From NCBI GenBank assembly GCA_041661605.1, contig JBAZUE010000002.1:40010-104009 (forward strand): a stretch of DNA of 64,000 bases, written 5' to 3'. Position numbers and translations under genes: made by a program. Positions 40,301 to 44,550 of this stretch are shown here, in pieces. Numbering within the stretch: position 1 is the first letter of the stretch; every line of letters begins with the position of its first letter. The notes beneath the pieces are model-generated. The model worked only from the letters and a program-made list of their open reading frames with translations, did not search any database and was not told the DNA's origin. The stretch is from Candidatus Omnitrophota bacterium. Its GTDB lineage: Bacteria > Omnitrophota > Gorgyraeia > Gygaellales > Profunditerraquicolaceae.

Positions 40301-41530
40301 TCGTTAAAGGGTATTCCTGAGGATCGGCATCGTGCTGCGGCAACCAAATTACCTGATACTTATCCTGCAGGACTATTCATGGCGATCTCTGATATTCCTG
40401 AAGAAGTGCTTAAAGCAGAGGCGAAAACAAAATTTTTGGAATTAAAAGAAAAATCATCGAGTTCCATTATTTCTGCGGATAAACCTGCCAGTTCGGAGAT
40501 ACAATTAGATAACACTTATGATGGACTTTTTAATCGTCTTAAAAACATAAATGGAGGGGAGAAAGAAGTAAATTTAGGATTTTCAAAGGATACAGCCAGG
40601 AGGCTCAAAATAAGAATAACTGGGTGGATGAATGGATTAAAAACGAGGAAGAAAGAATTTGATCTGTTCGCTGCTAATAATCAAGCGTTGAGTGAAGAAA
40701 AATCCCGAAAATTAAATAAATTTATAAGCGGAATCGCTAATTATGTAAAAACAAGACGCAGCCTTGTGAGTCCGCAGGAGCCTCTAGCTGTTGCTGAAAA
40801 GATATTGTTTACTACGGTTGGATATGGGTATCCTTATGCGGAAATCGATATAACAAGCTTGCCTTCAGCCGTGAAATTTTCTACTACAATATTGGCCAAG
40901 AGCTATGATGATAAATTTAGAGAAATAATAGATGAAGCGATGGATAGAATTCAGAGGATACTTAAGGTTTTAGACAAATTGGCAGAAGAGAAATTGGCAG
41001 AAGAAAAAGATATAGACTTGGTTCTTAGCGGAAGAAGTGGACAGGAGACTGTGGTAGTCAGAGAAGAAACGATACGAAGGATTTACAATGAAATATCAGG
41101 AGCTTCCAGCTCTCTAGTAGAGGATGGAAAAGGTGGCATAGACATGCGTTCTTTGTCGCAATATACGGTTATCCAGCCAATGACGGGATCAAACTTTTCC
41201 AAGCAGGGGCACTCCTTTTCGGGAACGGCCCCTCTTCCTGATAAAGAATGGCAGGAGATAGAAAGGATGGCGAATTCAGGAATAGCTCCTTCCTCTGAGC
41301 GATTAAGAGAATACCTTTTGTCTTTGCAGGATCCAAGCAGCCAGACAGATAAAGTCCTTGCCTGTATTGCGGATATCTTAAGACAGGAGGAAGAAAAAGC
41401 CTGCTGCACGGAGTCTTCTTTAAAGGAGATTCTGGCTTTGCTTGAATCAGGCAAGCCGGATAAAGAATTAAGGCTGGCATTAACAAAAATACAGGTTTTA
41501 GCTAAAGAGCCGCAATTGATAGAGCAATAA
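19355..41530 (+). CDS. giant multidomain protein, 7,391 aa, with a signal-peptide-like N-terminus (see findings)
   Basis: Uninterrupted 22,176-nt reading frame. N-terminal segment MKTKSSRSFKIIAIIISFLLVFEQSGFAQVAG. Internal motifs HEVGH, DLDGT, GEIG..RTATV, HD, a GT9-like fold and HELTH. Confidence 0.85.
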   Translation: MKTKSSRSFKIIAIIISFLLVFEQSGFAQVAGELDISRHFFALQNSFSQERFRPLHLRYLAYDPGANNFNLLLDKGDFVKGLSPKGAVPEQELKNQTKELLNYFFIGISLPNESFWVNLRPDAEDNIIDSELAETDVGKILLEADLQLKKDTANFTSPQAPEGKDYWDKLYKKAEELYGDENITIPTLTRPWIVPDEIIIRESSDNAYIYKATLKVMLEQDYLKNSSTYSFQDQRSKTLNEYSSQLIRETIIPKLTKEINSSKRYAPLRQVYYSLILAQWFKQKFYGKSGLYSYLIDRHKLDGLTSETPWSKTTYFNSYRTSFQQGEYNIKEPRYTPYGQTIRSYMSGGLDLGQIVSSAIIQGVVQGNKDYGPGSLISKHGLGFHFSGGTVSNPFGLKVDVVLPIDTDIPRAIGQLPVVGSPLSGNSPLLQKQASSRSLISKNNETNFLSRALKNLSALAGAVFVSGGRFKRGTLERILNGQGINLKIDVSIGDIADDFMELSAFTVFLIPKKILKECVSSLEFGANPSGAYTDADEPGLYSNEDKRVYIYQRSFAFWDAYLLARIILHEVGHGFEGGFSEEDAGKIKAAYSLIRQKISNGYKDYSLYLKHDDNILSLDNRKAIVTYTDKPDSSQFIAEFFREYILNGEELRDKIGSQKDSEVKEALATIYSIYKKRFNREYYPRDVKSLRGILERIPETVGKHIARDYKQFSEFRGVAGIFYLRYGLTLDEYSALAEKEGQDVALESLYKTIVSGLASKTQVEFEQWKLKLAATKQALYDKLISVLHDYAQAITSMHSGDIDDAGLQSILQDFRRVLLEIKTQSSPKSNEYILATEYAPIVFNVSLSALSQESRLPSLDDILSKQYQSAGSSLERGFRDLLGDYYWQELERLQVQGFNANDLNVSLMSSDKESAETIIKVFRKLDINAVFHAIKNDPKSFNLLLRKMLGSDKFIQYLKNTLESLDRDKYILNNAERFNQYMGIFDMFFPHDATLLQRIKFWFNKIQRLVNNWIRMLEKLAIANGNIAPLNLLWEYAQKADYKTQLEAVRKIRDLQGQFIKVYESGYRESEGSIVAQVSRKYFITLTSSLGIIEQMKANQEWLEKFNLAEIDKALSLIRKNFLGVIIDLVATGKKSANPMFILNRMELFKDVASLARNLEVLKKLQKDPKIEDETFLYLSFLPFEDLNKIIQRASLIFKDAGIVMRLNVSILDWLLKLNEDGFDNLTRNVDALSAGNEMFLLTLGSSDLEFLLNLEYEEAKTMGSIISRLGYGFGYNYFELVSNMLKNAKNSPGQKEEILSITAEDIQRWQDHNQEDFYQLNKIYRSLATSDNTVNLIVTVIKKKDISIIVPFETLESFGLYRQEMEPFNKFMNTSARYENKREIAVLFARWVSIISTADASFTESAMPAIKSAFEEYFNSDRRDKYAALRNSLEAVLEATIRKLLEEVTGEAIPQEKISRLEEGGRLQKIITVVSLYYSIIAKNEQSEADKKQMQERVTEILKKFISEEAAESDVEQWIIGSIEENRKAMDALLAAGYDKRLWEEGVRVEGEIRRGLGEEEKKAQINKQAQEIIDRAKKMGLPVKNIKIESYEDARDVFKTILDSKENIINSGRASNEDFEGHVNRIRDILGKIKDISGKYLNGRSEKAEIVIKKDFFAESLSGNNSYSGCFKAFAGFHQEMPLKHALEVNTAIGIVYIGGKPVANVVLALTDKGVVVYGDYKEDYDLGPLWAEAWKELAKLSPAVILGGNSAGRKASEKSGKIRNIFSFKAIKTATLWEHVSSDLGRTDENGDVYYIIQPALILTSRSIARSGSDKNDNSGKANLVIPKNQLSENEQEQQRVSPTDKFNKDRGRIVREIMANPELNELNLKPLLSNFERVIFDFDEQETEELAASLNSRLDAKRKITETEKSALTQKLAEIKRKYNSPSASSPIKAGESAGSAAEAFSSGLAVKDELIASVRGNSWRPVLPADSFAAKFIPLFNKLDQNSVPEEFPIVSVVDNGLQLPDSDKLCLQDKTTASRLKKEGIEFLSGELLGSNMFLKTLKAECAKEDSDLKRFLKQHFVYAMSPSLLWQGETNNSSIKYVQEMLGDNIIKKYPQTAKAFIPLIQSLFQKLPARQGINFFESVTGGTSCGNTRRALSGTVPLSKMLVYVYQLNSAMEGVYLKTNKNPEALGAFIDLGFDPPLYSSVEAISYALELLLAQWKNVGLKEGASMFFELGLRQALERTSDSPYRQYIFRFAALKESNWFARITDDFSSIDNNLTSEEWFGFAAREKEFSEFIDILAGNGYKFSRFDARELLMLSSKEGMKDFVADLISYGYRFKKEHITALLEMFGRREEIINKVKEIKTACPEFTYYIFDDATRLSYEPINVLADFLKRNRRAAVNMVNNLETALTYMNPEALLQAEKIREVCKAFNSPAFLISSFLSGSLNGLLSKFTGEDDFMRFALTADVIEKNFKKAFIAFLSGYKQGTQSQFDILMEIFLSSISDVERSSKIADIIGNWFSAADTTFSLPRDINAAMQSISSGNMDNRNPVHVFASYLAISKALQQEGMQRGVTYKDVLGLAEKRANRKEGFEGIPQEHMRNIEGVVYEAVIIRNKLLEIERAGKKQIVVANLSYGGVAVTPITEQKNGQAHIVGTQIPVWYTKVGSTEAHNNEYVLVYDLFTPEQIKVLIEEKPFVSVVDGSTSVADSDRSSPHIPDAFKGYRNYFIVLNFALSESFNPKDFDVNEEFVKSLLATDEAKELIRKIRSIAVKPRVPNAYKFGFSYERKADSEKEEFLYLREGKKEAAKATKLNVDEIIKQQNPFCIFIQSCIHPNDVDKKLMPEEYRAGYYDDRGHFKEFYLDYKDGYGVVISRRYADAAREFFMQFMSRDEADSAGSSVEQNKESGIDLSRRKGILISLATVLTLKILGPSKALAELLGSDEIYYLHLANSEPKNAVLDFKKYKAQPFAKNVLKAAINKNADVVLEHAEVFINETYAQELFELATQTWPQSILRHAYQIIKQPYAQGIIEIAASKYPTGALEYSFNYAKQPYAQKIIETAAKSEPVAALKFAKAYIEESYAKGILEQAAKKNYLATLEYSRNYFRKEYMRPIIEQCARKSAWGALRFASGYLNMPGARQLIEAAAELSPDTALRYSFEYMEAPYAKDIIIKSALQDPAAAIINTGGVGWVLEEKRKDIPEIDIILRIAASEYRGKQERIGALLDMIMNDIATGTEAGRAMYKANKISENDNEFFKELMKIKTNKSSRGVASVDRFLKRLSSILIRDMNDMHDLTAERRFSALSDYDASMLYTMIVYGEDEVYTSTFNGIFNILIKKMKGNNISGEKLLEMVGKNKFRVFIKLTAAFKRLNEFWDILEAKNKKDELIKEFVQGLAGIRIDNERLSQAIAVADTFSVINGGYQQVILREAIEEYKKMETAGNKEGVRIYGILISIFGRQLSIEEPWFQQMYQNYPVPDLTAIDGSQLFDPNGAQANTQVHFFYHDPYGKNSFANFKKLFNKNEIKESPDKSFIVIARQRADKKIIIYANNPYTDAVKGQMQIDKALKERGIEPQVVVHRGHSFHLSDTIERITAKAKIVFLGACGGYNYIVDVLERAPLAHIISTKGTGKNDVNNPLLDMLNNELLSGKGIQWEGFWGKAKKRLGNTKDFLDYVPPHRNLGVLFLKTYYNVAENVSKTIPQPRNQSFLREIIDGLTMEAILPITVFNMAINKIADRSPMDRREFFGLGKKTSQSGSADSSISREVMAGSSLRNPLPAAPASELQEGQENQNGMDRRTFLGALGGLAGLTFLLGLSDSGNAAGMPQENVQPEESAQKAVDWDKARGFIIDKLAEKYPEKKQAQDIKVAFGEYEKDKSKAYRQINKLLNSMAKEMDKEQRIGLNSNGWYTVYFIYIDGLYEEFGHKILFPFGRRFAFLDSKNNQGTRKVMEQVLEEEAATVKKVIGTLFGGLSLLGAGKFVYDKIIKPFFSRRFTRTLMDELRTINNVVFKDDGIEAGIEVYTQSVKIVMNTSAESVKIYRLQNSQEKITHDQRDSHRYYTNYGWQIERAIEDYILDKHDKDMLLSFMPVKLRDNEYYGYITNKLKLESLLKGIVKIISDFREYEYRDLAEIIALLQKEERVNQQLLINWLMAAQKQGRSLRSALDKLQELLKLLQGESSEAVAAGISLLIKHPYLRVSYLRVWLEDAAARGQDKAKLVGDLNNYYTITRALLRAGNYENEIAGMIQSVLTDNIEIRRHSLLSWLKAVKLHGKDAKMFLSELKKLALINKRFIEELETRRPRSGYGYEYKWFEDTLLSQSGKLLLALGGIYDSGYLNKLLPLYTGGYLSKSLGEKGYIYLERISSILEENINLIDSGSLLELKKREIGSNDRLQSLILAKVSVDPSFIQSITDNIKKEENPQVNNNLLRLLFSLEGADEAIHDILMNINPEEIARKTINNEYNWQWNLLELWPENEKSIARIMKKYPELLSKVFAIAKPLVSTYEDRPPYYKRHFPLIISAALSNSRELSVSADEFRDLFKILNNWRYRPECLGAISYAVLNNPSLFRELLTEDHIFDADYLLGVKIIPIELRMKLQRQFLESFKDAFRELRPEESSRMLAGMIKNIVIYGRVEAKDLDLLAVFPERQAVANTVFFCRELRKIGYDFNKYDYFTFGDFRFIHELAQQPDITAFLRKLRSYGFVFQDAYWGYHSNDRIGILSDIFNKREEYFSKIEAIRSVLPDFKYQPLLEGLSPESVLASLLERYPSQAVSMMNDPEGVLKAINPEAAPYAKKIREICTVFNFPVFLVSGFISGSLNNLLPGLTTPDDFIYSVFIENSVEQEFKDKFTAFLSGYTNGTQGQFNMLIQAFRSGLNGSRQSSQVAEVIGGWFCSAYTVFSLPKDISMAMQNISSGNMDNSDPVYVLANYLAISKALQREGMQRSVTYKDVLSLIEKRAGGSGAFEDIPEEHMRNIEGLVYEAVIIWNKLLETERAGKKQIVVANLSYGGVAVTPITEERSGKAYVVGTQIPVWHTKVGSTPAHNNEYVLVNDLFTPEQIKYLAEEMPFVSVVDGSTSIAASDRSSPHIPDAFKGYRNYFIVLNHALGESFDPKDFDVDEEFVKGLLATVEAQELIKKIQAMSIKPRAPNAYKFGFSYERKADSQKGEFLYLRVGKKEATEAKKLNIGEALKQDNPFCMFLQSCVHPDDVDKKLMPEEYKAGYYDDTNHFKEFYLDYEDGYGVVLSKRYAYAARELFRRFMLQKGINVMSGRFTTDAIRPIDTLVLDLDGTLTEAIGGNIENGTADIINYLLKKGVRIIIITDDILENVEKRIAKLDKSANLVVLTDGGARGDEGMFEQYNAQNIISPDLRSRVLGIAQANFPFGSWKEGKKDSLYRIQITDIQERTDFIKRFQDLLVQEGIEAKVYKVGRNSARVTIAHKEAAFAEAIKMFGIDVSKSLIIADSARSYRIDRKLLTAFPESVSVNIGKFSPSIESENQRIIQYAGQGTSATKMLLSSIAFRGGLPQHLLLSSMQNQPLEYMEAASSLTQSASLSLSNLFEPRQLSSAGSALEEVNLQKISAALGKMEKQAVDEKEIYGLAARLKEAFKWDDYFGNFTPEMWIELLRCKGVKELKGLDIKDGILIKQGDTVNDEQAMFLIEKGGVRVSEDAHGIWIADLEEGNYVGEIGAGSSNRLRTATVRIKEGAPETKFLAIPMSVFSALGLSRVFSEISRQRSNRLKSRERLAEKDYTRILKKYPDTEYDEDSPVTKAYNLALKIINPKENPLSVDVTYHNPYHWNELLDFIDIVLQGMGDNLKNKNRKIIFMLARVAAYLHDIGYYLSNDQGKFTVVGHEDRSKEFVRNNMKELGLSSRYVNAIQFMIEHTKLKIGEEFENKLGLINQALAEIHNGKLSDKTGVFLKEILPDLDLNLDSDLDFANDVLIAAKALAVADLYAATVDMVPFLWLEFTLEGSPAGKTTMLEQIAASRDFHKGVVEPQRLKLLLEGGFGLEKLIMDSGSLERLKNAREKNIGIMQQYAEAVKQIKASDTAESVKKTAETNLINLINGLNDDMVGPLKDELLAEVKTLVLKSSAVGAGSALQNPETGLIGSKTLGNYKFVLQGQGKEGYLLKIFGKRGVAGEIKFRLHDLPDGRKGIFVENVFANDTYREDFRKDFEKGIYSNMLKEIIEIGEQYSRDINKVTEITGAINNIETLQGLYGAIAGSRPTEEREEVERLSGIEKKNYYEHTEPLIKMLKKAIIEEVGSEEGRMELDRKLPDTLLVKARSGGGFSENHRMRVERDQIILISNTPVHSAGSSLEMRPEEAAKLIREAVQENYEKWGLLSERLKTARRILVRVPGRDNRGGHEFPLGEIAATLPILIKTLIISGESIEKIIVQCDSYPELVEALGENRVKLAEPSKTTDELRSIYSPDLVIDFDTVALGEEIPENTVKFPVAKLWMSLDRHREMREILTSAGLSIPKEGEAIIRRERERDGQTTIFVNPHSDSNKNDNVDLWVGLIQELVARGYKVVLNSGKEAGKDQAHSKNILEKLREEVRLGDVKEFKGSITDLLNTFSKKIDGVVTIDSGIFHVVHNLYSLPAVVFTTSNTLGWIPQEKEELLFKRVQYSDLKDSSTAVELLRSLLEREEKADASSPAAPGDSVVPQDSTSNLNVVLLSKIEDHMRTELKKIDDAIDREIEGMPFDDKPHRLSDKIMERYRLLFIEFCEIGRGIPEFDHLSYLMQDGKFTPAMAMNALQGLFLKENRLLVFSIGRDPVDGRIIENMPALSVFKVKETQLVTEDIIDKHVDALAIFVDGLIVQDYVTRRRMGFESYLAFAIHGVTIDGAIPVVVNKGSIAAELKRYYGMRLEMEATGQLPDFYRKNIPLLNEALAKLLIKQWPQPNKDISDFIAKHLDEYIRRIVLHELTHVRIAGTDDDEIFAYLVEIAQTPYSWLRLFDVVYSISPPVRSTSIEHDYASNNFLRNFIQGIFQKYEPGSLKGIPEDRHRAAATKLPDTYPAGLFMAISDIPEEVLKAEAKTKFLELKEKSSSSIISADKPASSEIQLDNTYDGLFNRLKNINGGEKEVNLGFSKDTARRLKIRITGWMNGLKTRKKEFDLFAANNQALSEEKSRKLNKFISGIANYVKTRRSLVSPQEPLAVAEKILFTTVGYGYPYAEIDITSLPSAVKFSTTILAKSYDDKFREIIDEAMDRIQRILKVLDKLAEEKLAEEKDIDLVLSGRSGQETVVVREETIRRIYNEISGASSSLVEDGKGGIDMRSLSQYTVIQPMTGSNFSKQGHSFSGTAPLPDKEWQEIERMANSGIAPSSERLREYLLSLQDPSSQTDKVLACIADILRQEEEKACCTESSLKEILALLESGKPDKELRLALTKIQVLAKEPQLIEQ
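26475..27985 (+). repeat. copy 1 of a roughly 1.5-kb intragenic direct repeat (about 500-aa module) within the giant gene
   Basis: The encoded segment PINVLADFL...YGVVISRRYADAAREFF is about 75-80% identical, over about 500 aa, to the copy at 33580-35090. Shared motifs: GGVAVTPITE, SSPHIPDAFKGYRNYFIVLN, NPFC.F.QSC.HP.DVDKKLMPEEY. Confidence 0.85.
33580..35090 (+). repeat. copy 2 of the roughly 1.5-kb intragenic direct repeat
   Basis: Same as copy 1. The look-alike antisense ORFs 27059..27337 and 34169..34441 are by-products of this duplication. Confidence 0.85.
35147..35855 (+). other. HAD-superfamily (Cof-like) phosphatase module inside the giant protein
   Basis: Motif I LVLDLDGTLTE (DLDGT at nt 35168-35182); later ...VVLTDGGARG and ...IIADSARS. 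Confidence 0.6.
36140..36470 (+). other. cyclic-nucleotide-binding-like module inside the giant protein
   Basis: GILIKQGD...MFLIEKGGVRV...YVGEIGAGSSNRLRTATVRIKEG fits the cNMP-binding beta-roll signature G.E.G..........R.ATV.A. Confidence 0.55.
36660..37000 (+). other. HD-domain phosphohydrolase-like module inside the giant protein
   Basis: H..YHWNELLDF...ARVAAYLHDIGYY...GHEDRSKEF (HD dipeptide at nt 36815-36820). Confidence 0.55.
38340..39180 (+). other. GT9 (ADP-heptose:LPS heptosyltransferase-like) glycosyltransferase module inside the giant protein
   Basis: N-lobe RRILVRVPGRDNRGGHEFPLGEIAATLPIL...IIVQCDSYPELVEAL. C-lobe IFVNPHSDSNKND.VDLWVGLIQELVARGYKVVLNSG...GSITDLLNTFSKKIDGVVTIDSGIFHVVHNLYSLPAVVFTT; compare the GT9 consensus ...GKTSL.EL.ALI..A.L.VGNDSGPMHLAAAL..P.VALFG.T. 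Confidence 0.6.
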
Positions 41531-41624
41531 GAGGGGCGCTTACCTTCCCAAAAGGTTTATCAGCCAGAAAGAAGGTTCCCTAATAAGCGTCCCTTTTTAT
41601 TTGTGCTAGCACGGAGAAATAGCC

Positions 41625-41653
41625 TTGACAAAGCGCCTTTGAAGTGCTATATT
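41625..41653 (+). promoter_or_regulatory. sigma70-like promoter of the pyrR-pyrB-pyrC operon
   Basis: TTGACA (41625-41630), 17-nt spacer, TATATT (41648-41653). Confidence 0.6.
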
Positions 41654-41738
41654 TATATAACTAAATTAACCTTTAAGCTGGCTCTTGAGAAGCTGGCAAG
41701 GCAGATAAAATGAAGAATAAAGTTATGGAAAATATGAA

Positions 41739-41770
41739 CCCTTGGTAGAAAGACCAAGGGTATTTTTTTT
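41739..41770 (+). terminator. leader attenuator (intrinsic-terminator hairpin plus U-tract) 20 nt upstream of the pyrR start codon
   Basis: CCCTTGG-tagaaaga-CCAAGGG followed by TATTTTTTTT. An upstream segment GAGAAGCUGGCAAGG (41687-41701) resembles the PyrR-binding loop consensus and could alternatively pair with the 5' arm of the terminator. Confidence 0.55.
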
Positions 41771-41789
41771 GCCCTTAGAGAATAAAACT

Positions 41790-42329
41790 ATGAAAGAAAA
41801 AGCCAAAATTCTGGATAAAGAAGGGGTGCAGCGCGCGGTTACGCGTATTGCCCATGAGATAATTGAGAAAAATAATGGCATAGAAGAACTTTGTTTAGTA
41901 GGCATCAGGAACCGCGGAGTTTATATAGCTCAAAGGATCGCGGATTGTATTAATAAAATAGAAAGTAAACAGGTTCTCACGGGAGCGCTGGATATTACTC
42001 TTTACCGTGACGACCTGGCTTTAGCCAGCGGACAACCCCTGGTACGTAAAACTGAAATCGATTTTGATATTAACAACAAAACCCTTGTGCTTGTTGATGA
42101 TGTGCTTTATACCGGCAGGACTATCCGCGCCGCCCTGGATGCGTTGATAGATTTTGGCCGGCCAAAGACAATACAACTGGCGGTATTGATTGACAGAGGG
42201 CATCGTGAACTGCCTATCCGGGCGGATTTTGTGGGTAAAAATATACCAACATCTAAAAAAGAATCCGTAGAGGTACATTTGCTTGAGCCTGATGGCAGGG
42301 ATGAAGTAGTAATTATGGAGAAAGATTAG
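41790..42329 (+). CDS. pyrR: bifunctional pyrimidine operon regulator / uracil phosphoribosyltransferase PyrR
   Basis: [30 protein letters not shown]...[20 protein letters not shown] (PRPP-binding motif). The ORF-track start at 41742 is TTG and would read through the terminator, so ATG 41790 is preferred. Confidence 0.88.
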   Translation: MKEKAKILDKEGVQRAVTRIAHEIIEKNNGIEELCLVGIRNRGVYIAQRIADCINKIESKQVLTGALDITLYRDDLALASGQPLVRKTEIDFDINNKTLVLVDDVLYTGRTIRAALDALIDFGRPKTIQLAVLIDRGHRELPIRADFVGKNIPTSKKESVEVHLLEPDGRDEVVIMEKD

Positions 42330-43262
42330 ATGTCTTGGACAAAAAAAGATCTTTTAGGGTTGGAATATCTGACCAAGGAAGAAATAGAATTGATCCTGGA
42401 TACCGCGGATTCTTTCAAAGAGGTCTCTACCAGGGAAATCAAAAAAGTCCCTGCCCTGCGCGGCAAGACGGCGGTAAATCTTTTTTATGAACCCTCAACC
42501 AGGACAAGGGTTTCTTTTGAAGTCGCGGCGAAGAGGCTGTCTGCTGACGTAATTAATATCGCTACCGAGACATCCAGCGTGCGCAAAGGGGAAACCTTGA
42601 TTGATACAGGGAAAAATATCCAGGCTCTAAAAGCTGATATAATTATTATGCGGCATAATTGTTCTGGGGCGGCGAATATGCTTGCCCGCGCGCTGGATAT
42701 CAGCGTGGTAAATGCCGGAGATGGCTGGCATGAGCATCCCACACAGGCATTGCTTGATATTTTTACTCTTAAAGAAAAACTGGGAAAAATAAAAGGTTTG
42801 AATATAACTATTGTAGGAGATATCGCGCATTCACGGGTTGCCCGCTCCAATATTTGGGGGCTGACTAAATTAGGGGCCAATGTTACGGTATGCGCACCGG
42901 AGATGCTGCTTCCGGTTGCAATAGAGAAGACCGGGGCCAAAACCTCCAGTAATATTGACGAAGCCTTAAAAGATGCCGACGCGGTAAATGTCTTAAGGAT
43001 GCAGTTTGAGCGCGATGAGGGCGCTGCGTTTCCAGAGCAGTTGGATTATTTTAAGAGGTTCGGTATTACCGGAGAGAGATTAGCTAAAGCCAAGAAAGAT
43101 ATCATTGTCATGCATCCCGGGCCGATTAACCGGGGGATTGAGATGTCTAGTGAGGTGGCGGATGGCGCAAATTCGGTGATCTTAGAGCAGGTAACTAACG
43201 GCATTGCCGTAAGAATGGCGGTTTTGTTCCTGGTATCCCAGGCAAGGGAAGTAAAAACATGA
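42330..43262 (+). CDS. pyrB: aspartate carbamoyltransferase catalytic subunit
   Basis: STRTR, HPTQ and HPGP motifs. Confidence 0.93.
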   Translation: MSWTKKDLLGLEYLTKEEIELILDTADSFKEVSTREIKKVPALRGKTAVNLFYEPSTRTRVSFEVAAKRLSADVINIATETSSVRKGETLIDTGKNIQALKADIIIMRHNCSGAANMLARALDISVVNAGDGWHEHPTQALLDIFTLKEKLGKIKGLNITIVGDIAHSRVARSNIWGLTKLGANVTVCAPEMLLPVAIEKTGAKTSSNIDEALKDADAVNVLRMQFERDEGAAFPEQLDYFKRFGITGERLAKAKKDIIVMHPGPINRGIEMSSEVADGANSVILEQVTNGIAVRMAVLFLVSQAREVKT

Positions 43263-44548
43263 GCATATTGATTAAAGGCGGAAGGGTAATTGATCCGGCA
43301 AATAAAATTGATGCTCTTTTAGATATTTTAATTGAAGATAATAAAATATACAAGGTTGCCAAGAATATTAAAGCACAGGCAAATAGCATAATTGATGCAA
43401 CAGGTAAAATTGTTGCTCCGGGTATAATTGATATGCACGTACACCTGCGCCAGCCAGGCAGGGAGGATAAAGAGACGGTAGCTACTGCCACAGTCGCAGC
43501 TGCCAAGGGCGGAGTAACTACTGTTTTAGCTATGCCGAATACCAATCCGGCTATGGATTGTTTAGAGAATGTTGAATTGTCGAGAGGGATAATTGCTAAG
43601 GACGCCAGAGTTAACGTACTTATCTGCGGTACAATTACTAGGGGCCGCCTGGGGAAGGAATTAAGCGACATTGCCGCGTTAAAGAAAAGCGGGGTTTATG
43701 CTATATCCGATGATGGTTGTTCTGTAGATAGCGACGAGTTGATGTTTGAGGCGCTTAAAGAAGCAAAGCAGTCGGAGGTTTTAACTATCTGCCATTCTGA
43801 AGATAGAAAGCTTTCAAGTAAGGGAGTAATCAATATGGGGTTTAATTCTACGCGGCTGGGGCTGCGCGGGATTTCTAATGAATCAGAATATAAAAGAGTG
43901 GCACGCGATATTGAATTGGCAGAAAAAAGCGGTGCGTCTGTACATATTGCCCATGTCAGCTGCCGGCAGTCAGTAGAAATAATTGCCAAAGCCAAGAAAA
44001 AAGGAGTAAAATTGACTTGTGAAACCGCTCCTCACTACTTCTCTTTAACGGAAGATGCACTTTTGGGTTATGATACAAATATGAAGATGAATCCTCCCTT
44101 AAGAAGTTCCGAAGATGTTGCGGCAATTAAGCAGGGGTTAAAAGATGGTACGATTGATGTCATTGCTTCAGATCATGCCCCGCATACTGAGAATGAAAAA
44201 GATATTGAATTTGAGCGCGCAGAGTTTGGAGTGGTAGGTTTGGAGACTGAATTGTCTGCGGGTATAACCGAGTTGGTTGACCCAAAATTACTAGACTGGA
44301 ATCAACTTTTTGAGAAAATTGCCTTTAATCCTGCCAGGATCCTGGGCTTAGACAGTGGTTCTTTGAGTGAAGGCAGGCCGGCAGACATAGTGGTTATTTC
44401 AGGAGATAAAGAGTGGACAGTTAAGAAAAACGAACTGGTCTCTAAGTCTAAAAACTCCGCATTCCTTGGCCGAGTCTTAAAAGGTGTGGTAGATTATACA
44501 ATTTGTGACGGAAAGATAGTTTATGTTCGTCAGTTAAGCGTTCATTAA
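43259..44548 (+). CDS. pyrC: dihydroorotase (type I)
   Basis: DMHVHLRQPG and the DHAPH metal-binding motif. Confidence 0.9.
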   Translation: MSILIKGGRVIDPANKIDALLDILIEDNKIYKVAKNIKAQANSIIDATGKIVAPGIIDMHVHLRQPGREDKETVATATVAAAKGGVTTVLAMPNTNPAMDCLENVELSRGIIAKDARVNVLICGTITRGRLGKELSDIAALKKSGVYAISDDGCSVDSDELMFEALKEAKQSEVLTICHSEDRKLSSKGVINMGFNSTRLGLRGISNESEYKRVARDIELAEKSGASVHIAHVSCRQSVEIIAKAKKKGVKLTCETAPHYFSLTEDALLGYDTNMKMNPPLRSSEDVAAIKQGLKDGTIDVIASDHAPHTENEKDIEFERAEFGVVGLETELSAGITELVDPKLLDWNQLFEKIAFNPARILGLDSGSLSEGRPADIVVISGDKEWTVKKNELVSKSKNSAFLGRVLKGVVDYTICDGKIVYVRQLSVH

Positions 44549-44550
44549 AA

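Noticed and set aside
41531-41605. Intrinsic terminator right after the giant gene (GGGCGCTTA ... TAAGCGTCCC followed by a TTTTTATTT tract)
   Set aside because: The two arms are about 40 nt apart with an imperfect stem. It is plausible but too weak to be called a feature.
41742-41789. N-terminal extension of pyrR from the TTG at 41742 (ORF-track start)
   Set aside because: It would translate through the attenuator terminator hairpin. The canonical PyrR N-terminus begins at ATG 41790.
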